In this document: one piece after another, positions 58,035 to 64,000 of the stretch
How the letters are laid out: each line of letters begins with the position of its first letter
Position numbering within the stretch: position 1 is the stretch's first letter
DNA from: Neoconidiobolus thromboides FSU 785
Taxonomy: Eukaryota; Fungi; Entomophthoromycota
DNA: 64,000 nt
Reading direction: 5' to 3'
Assembly: GCA_025603075.1 (NCBI GenBank)
Contig: MU626313.1
Location: 51,650 to 115,649 of the forward strand
The notes under the pieces: model-generated
Database searches by the model: none
Told to the model about the DNA's origin: nothing
What the model saw: the letters and a program-made list of their open reading frames with translations, nothing else
Position numbers and translations under genes: made by a program

Positions 58035-59085
58035 GCTATTATAGCCTATTGCTTTACTTTCAAATATTCATATATACTAGCGTAGTATCTTATTAAGATG
58101 TAATACTAGAATAATACTTTATAATGGATTTAATAAAATAAATATAAATACTATCTAAACTACGTATTACTTTAACAATTTAATTAAATCGGAGAGTTGA
58201 TTCAAAATGAGCTATTCATTTTTAATGTGTTGCTATTCAAAAATATCAAATTAACAAAAATTAAGGATTTGTAAAAAAACTCAATAAATTCCTGGATAAG
58301 ATAAACCCTTGGATATTGTTAAAAATACACCTTCAAAGCTGCTTTAACCAGAGATATTTATTCTATGCTTTATATACAAATAAAGTTGATTTTAAAAATA
58401 GATTTATTTGTTAGCCAATAAATTTTTGTAGAGTAAAATATTCTTTTAGCAGAATTTTACTAGTTTTAAAACCATAGCATTACTCATCCATTGCTGTTAT
58501 CTTTAAGTGCAAAAAGTTATTAATAGTGATTATGTTAAATATACAAATAAAATTTAAATTTATATACCACAAAACTTTATATTTTCATGATATTTAAAAA
58601 AGTAAACAGCAAATAATAAGATTATTACATGGTTTAGAATTCCAACCTAGTTTTATTATTTGCTGCTACAAAATTAGTTTATACAATACAACTAATGTAA
58701 GAACCATTTCAAATCAAACTTTAAGATCAAATTCCAAACAACTGAAATTAAAGCAAAAACGCAGTAGTAAAAATGAATATTTCAAAAGCTTCCAATAAAA
58801 AATAAAATCTTTAAAGTTGCTTTTAATGAACCAATTAAACCCACTTTTATCTTATCGCATTCATCTAAAAACATTAATATTTCATATTTGAAATAACTTT
58901 ACTAACCTTTTCTCCTTACCTTTATCTTTTTTTCTCTTTGCTCTTAAAGAGCATTTATCAATGTAAGATATTTTATACTAAAGAACAATCACGTTTATTC
59001 ATTTTTGAACTCAATTTATCAATCTGAACTAAAACTATTATTTCCAGTTTTTAGAAAAGTTTAACATTACCTCATTTCTCCTCAA

Positions 59086-60355
59086 ATGACAGATAACCCC
59101 ACCTCCCTCAACAACCAAGAAGCCAATAGATCTAACGGTAAAAGTACTAAAAATCATGACATTAACTCGTAAGGCTTTTAATTTTATACTTGAATTTATT
59201 AAATACATTTAGCGATTCTGACGAAAGAGGCTCAAAAAATGGCTTAACCATCCGCGCACTTGTATCATCAAAAGAAGCAGGTGTTATTATTGGAAAAGGC
59301 GGAAAGAACGTTACTGATATTAGAGATGCTACAGGCGCTCGCGCTGGCGTTTCTAAAGTTATTCAGGGTGTTCCAACCAGAGTTCTTTCAATTAGCGGTA
59401 CCTTAGATTCAATTTCCCAAGTAAATTTATTTGAGCTATTTGTAATTATATTTTATTAATGTTTTAGGCATATGGTAGAGTTGCGAAAGCACTTATTGAA
59501 AGTGTTGATTCTTCTCCTGAAGCCTCAACTAACCTTAAAGCTGGTACTAATACAACTTCAGTCCGTATTCTCATTTCACATAGTATTATGGGCTCAGTTA
59601 TTGGGAAGCAAGGAACAAAGATCAAAGCTATGCAAGAAGTATCTGGTACTCGCATGATTGCTACCAAAGAAATGCTTGGACAAAGTACTGAAAGAGTTGT
59701 TGAAATACATGGTAACCCAGATTCTATTGTTACTGCTATGTTTGAAATCGGAAAGTGTATTTTGGCAGATTTCGACAAAACGCAAAACACTGTTTTATAC
59801 AATCCTTCACAAAGATTAACCCAACCTGTGCAGCCAACTGGATTCTATCCTAATTTTCAATCAACCTTTCAGCCTCCTATAAACGGTGGAGAATACAATT
59901 ATCTTCATGGTGCTCCACGGTTCCTCTCAAACCCTAGATTTGAAAATCATATACCACATCCACATGTACAACCTCATATTAACCCTGCCATCCAAGCTCT
60001 ACCACATCATTCCTCTCTAGCCCCAATGGGCTTAGGTCCAGCAATCCCAACGATTCCAACGATTCCGTCGTCTCCTTTAGTTACAAAAAAACTTAGTATA
60101 GCTTCTGATATGGTTGGGTGTGTTATTGGTAAACATGGCTCAAAAATTGCCGAGATCCGCCGCCTTTCAAGTGCCAAGATTAGCATTGCTAAAGAAGCAG
60201 AATCAGATACTAACACACGTCTTTTTACGATTTATGGTACTGCAGAAGCCAATGAGACAGCCATATATCTTATTTATGCTCAATTAGAAGCTGAAAAGGA
60301 ACGCCGTGCTTCACATCCATTAGCTGATGGCAAGAATGGCAATTTAGCTAAATAA
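59086..60355 (+). CDS. Triple-KH-domain RNA-binding protein (Rnc1/Pbp2/PCBP-like)
   Basis: Three GxxG KH motifs: GVIIGKGG, GSVIGKQG, GCVIGKHG; two introns. Confidence 0.9.
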
Positions 60356-60746
60356 AAAGGACACATGGTTGCCCCCCTACTATGCTTTTTTGAGTTTTTA
60401 GAAATCAAGCTTCAAACGATGAGCTTAGAAGTTATTCGCAGTTTTATTTTTATTTTTTTTATATTGAAAATAAAGTATTGTCTTCTTTAGTTACCTTTGC
60501 TACCATAAAGTTTATAATAATCTAAAAGGTATATTGAATAATTATTACAAACATATCTATTAAATTAAAACCTTTCCACACTAAAATGTTATCAAAATAG
60601 TTAATTTATAAATTATGTTTTAATGAAAAGTTTAAAATTATTTAAATTTATTACTTAGTAAATTAGATGGAGTATATGATTAACTATAATTTTTAATGAA
60701 AAAATACTGTTAAAAATTCAAGTTAATATGAGAATAATAATCAGTT

Positions 60747-61829
60747 TTAAAGTTTAGAAGAGACAGACTTAAATCCATTTGGATTCTTTTTTTGCCAACG
60801 CCAGAGATCATCACACATATCTTGTAAGCCACGCTTAGCTTTCCATCCCAATTCCTTCTGAGCTAAAGAAGGGTCTGCAACTACTTCGGCTACGTCACCA
60901 GGTCTACGAGCAGCTATTTTATATGCTATTTTACGTTGACTAGCCTTTTCCATTGCTTGGATCATTTCTAATACAGAGTAGCCTCTCCCAGTTCCTAAAT
61001 TATAGATCCAGCATCCATTATTACTTAGACTGGCTCCATTTTTAGGGAATCTACTAAGAGCATGCACATGCCCAAGAGCAAGATCAGTGACATGAATGTA
61101 ATCCCTGACACCTGTTCCATCTCTTGTTGGATAATCATTTCCAAAAACGTCAACTTGTTGAAGTTTACCAATAGCAACCTGAGATACATAAGGCATTAAG
61201 TTATTGGGAATACCATTCGGGACTTCACCAATATGGCCTGAAATATCAGCACCAACTGGGTTAAAATAGCGTAATAAAACGGCTGATAAATTTTTATTTC
61301 CGTTACAAGCGTCTTTTATGATTTCTTCATTAAATAGTTTGGTACGTCCATAAGGATTAGTGCACCCGGTTTTACTATTTTCATCTAAAGGCAACTTTTC
61401 AGGAATACCGTAAACTGTTGCAGATGAAGAGAAAACAATACGATTAACTAAGTATTTTTCCATCAATTTCAATAAGATTACTGTTGTTCCAATGTTAACA
61501 GAATAATACTCTAACGGAATCGTGCTTGATTCTCCAACTGCTTTCAAACCAGCAAAGTGAATTACAGCGTCAAATTTGTAAGTTTGAAATAAAGACTCAA
61601 TTTTATTTTCATCTCTTAAATCGTATTTGTAGAACTTTAATTTTTTACCACCTAATTGTTCTACTCGTTTTAAGCTTTCCTCGCTACTGTTGCATAGATT
61701 ATCGACAACAACTACATTACAATTTAATTTGAGTAACTCCAAAACTGTGTGGCTACCAATGAACCCTGCTCCACCAGTGACTAAGATTACTGATTGATTA
61801 TTTAACTCGAACCCGTTTTGAATTTGCAT
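60747..61829 (-). CDS. galE: UDP-glucose 4-epimerase (GalE domain only, no mutarotase fusion)
   Basis: TGGAGFIGSH, HFAGLKAVGES, YGRTK, LLRYFNPVGA, DGTGVRDYIHV. Confidence 0.95.
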   Translation of the reverse strand: MQIQNGFELNNQSVILVTGGAGFIGSHTVLELLKLNCNVVVVDNLCNSSEESLKRVEQLGGKKLKFYKYDLRDENKIESLFQTYKFDAVIHFAGLKAVGESSTIPLEYYSVNIGTTVILLKLMEKYLVNRIVFSSSATVYGIPEKLPLDENSKTGCTNPYGRTKLFNEEIIKDACNGNKNLSAVLLRYFNPVGADISGHIGEVPNGIPNNLMPYVSQVAIGKLQQVDVFGNDYPTRDGTGVRDYIHVTDLALGHVHALSRFPKNGASLSNNGCWIYNLGTGRGYSVLEMIQAMEKASQRKIAYKIAARRPGDVAEVVADPSLAQKELGWKAKRGLQDMCDDLWRWQKKNPNGFKSVSSKL

Positions 61830-62299
61830 AATAATTTTAACTAAAAGCTATTTACATGAAATTCTCAATTTTATTTGTTTAGTCCATCCAATCATAAACC
61901 AGATTAAATTACATACATTGTAATATATTTTTAAATATTGATTTATTTTTAAACATTGATTTATTTTTAGTTTATAAGTTTAAAATAGGATTATCAAAAT
62001 GAAATTTAAAAAGTGTAGCTCATTGTGGAACTGTGTTTTCTATTCTTTAGTAGTATTTTTTTTAAAGGTTTTAAAAATGATATAAGCTAGTAACTAAAAC
62101 TTATATTAGATTAATATATTGTACCTTTCCTTTATATTTTATTTTGCAATTGATAATATCAAAATAAGTTAAAAGGTATGTCTAAAATAGTATACCCCAA
62201 AACTATTTAATAAAAACACTTGAGAACAAAAAATAGCTATTATAATTAGCTTCATTTTTAAGCTTTTGATTTTTTTTAAGTTTTTAAAGTCTTAAATTT

Positions 62300-63897
62300 T
62301 ATATAATTTGTTTTAATAAATAAAAAGTAATATAAAAACAAAAGTACCCAATATAGTTTTAAGTTACTTTATTATAATTTATATTATAAGTTAACAGAAT
62401 TTCTACTAAATCCAATGGAAATCCACAGATTAACAAGGTTTTTACTAATATAACCTATATATTAATATTAATCAAAATTATAATATGTAAATAAATACAT
62501 GTTTCTATGAAAATTTATTAAGAAATACTTGTTATTAACTGCTTTGTAGCCAACAGGGCAGATTTGTTACCAGATAAATAAATTACTTTAACGTTATAAT
62601 TACATTATTAATATATCACCAGGTTGATAAATAGCTGCATGGGAGGAAGTGGTTAGTCCCAGAACTATAATTAACCATCTCTATATAATACAAGCAACAT
62701 AATAATAATTTTTACTTATTATTACAACTACTTACTCTTTTGCTATTTATTAACTTAATTATTAATAAATTAAGTGGTGTTAACATTTAACAATTTATTT
62801 TAATCATTTAGTAAACTACTTACTTGCTTAGTAAATATTGAAAATTTTAAATTGTTATTTTAGTAAGATAAACTGGAATTAATCTTTTGATTTCTCTATT
62901 TTCTATAGACTCTATAACTTTAATTGGAACTATATCACTTTTTTTTTGGTTTATCAGATACTGAATAACAATATTAGCTATTACTATATTTGATAAAATA
63001 TAAATACTTTTTAATACCTTTGTGTTTCTTTCATACTTTTTAGGGATTATATCCATTTTCCCATTGTTAACAGTTGAGTTATCAATTCTGTTATGTTCAC
63101 AAATAAAAGTCTCAAATCCTAAAACTAATTGATCAATATTTTCTATTTTACTTAATGCTCAGCAAAAATAATAAGATCAACATTTAAGCTACTATTTACT
63201 TTATAAATTTTTTTAAATATATAGTATAAACACTTTTAAGATTTAAAATAGCTTCCTATATCTGGCTATATATTAATTTTTGTAAACTTTTTAAGCAAAA
63301 ACTTTCTTGCTATTAAATCAATTAAACAATCCTTTCCACATGCTGAATCATAACTCAGTATTTCAGATAAATACTTGAAATAAACTTTGTTTATTGTTTT
63401 ATCATTTTTTAAATATAAAATACCAAAGCCTAATACTGATATAGCTTGTTTATTATGATAATCTAAGTTTATTGGATTTGACTTTGTTTCTATTTCCATA
63501 TTTCGTTTAAAGTCTAAAATTACCATACAACTTTTGGGGGTATTTTTTTTGACTTCATTACTTTTTCCGTTTTTTAAGCACCATTTGAGCGGGAAAATCA
63601 TCAGTGAAATCATTAAATACAAAAAAACACCCTCTCCTATTGCTTAATTTTTTGATAGTTTTATTAAATGTATTTTTTCGAGTATTAACACAAAATTTGT
63701 ATAATTTATCTGATTTTTTTTATCTTTGTTTTATTTTCTATTGCTGTATTTATTTTATTTTAAAATGATTTTTTTATAACTATATACTAGGCACACATAT
63801 TATATAAGTCTGTTTTTCTTGCTGCATTTTTAAAATTGATATATATTTACAAAATATTGATTTAGCTACTGCTTTATTTTTTAAATTATTAAAATAT
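62300..63897 (-). mobile_element. Decayed Sola2-like DNA transposon, copy B (transposase pseudogene)
   Basis: Reverse-strand remnants NFKNAARKTDLYNMC..FNKTIKKLSN[MITE]SCMVILDFKRN..DYHNKQAISVLGF..LSEILSYDS..KINI*PDIGSYFKS..IFAEH; collinear with copy A. Confidence 0.72.
63536..63637 (-). mobile_element. MITE copy 16 (inside transposase relic B)
   Basis: GGGGGTA...CCCTCTCC, flanks TTTT/TATT; removing the element plus 4 bp restores the frame LSNSCMVILDFK. Confidence 0.88.
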
Positions 63898-63996
63898 GGG
63901 AGTGTCTTTTTTGACTTCATTATTTTTTCCATTTTTTAAGTGCTATTTAAGTGGAAATTTTGTTAGTAAGATTCTTAAATACAAAAATACACCCCC
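63898..63996 (-). mobile_element. MITE copy 17
   Basis: GGGAGTG...CACCCCC, ATAT/ATAT; the window ends on its target-site duplication. Confidence 0.92.
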
Positions 63997-64000
63997 ATAT

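Noticed and set aside
62180-62300. GGGGTATAC near the distal end of transposon fossil B as its TIR
   Set aside because: Wrong orientation for a terminal repeat and no match in fossil A.

Overview
This is AT-rich eukaryotic DNA with short (~40-80 nt) introns and fungal-type genes. It most likely comes from an early-diverging fungus (Zoopagomycota/Conidiobolus-like; inference only, no search run). About 22 apparently intact genes were read, several only by manual splicing: RAD9, a RING+coiled-coil protein, an AP-complex sigma subunit, a lipase, AFG3, YCF1, a nucleotide-sugar transporter, ARP1, COX7-like, YVH1, CENP-H-like, GCP3, ADK2, a class-3 lipase, an FPK1/KIN82-like kinase, a 3xKH protein, GalE, two F-box/LRR-like paralogs, two secreted proteins and a conserved hypothetical gene. 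Several pseudogenes are also present. Main observations: (1) a canonical U12-type AT-AC minor-spliceosome intron in the AP sigma gene; (2) a ~98-bp MITE family with 17 copies, GGG/GRG termini and 4-bp target-site duplications; (3) two decayed, mutually complementing copies of a Sola2-like DDD transposase element, its plausible mobiliser; (4) a CpG-decay signature across MITE copies suggesting repeat methylation; (5) a candidate Kex2-processed repeat peptide precursor. Exon structures are hand-derived and pseudogene boundaries are approximate.
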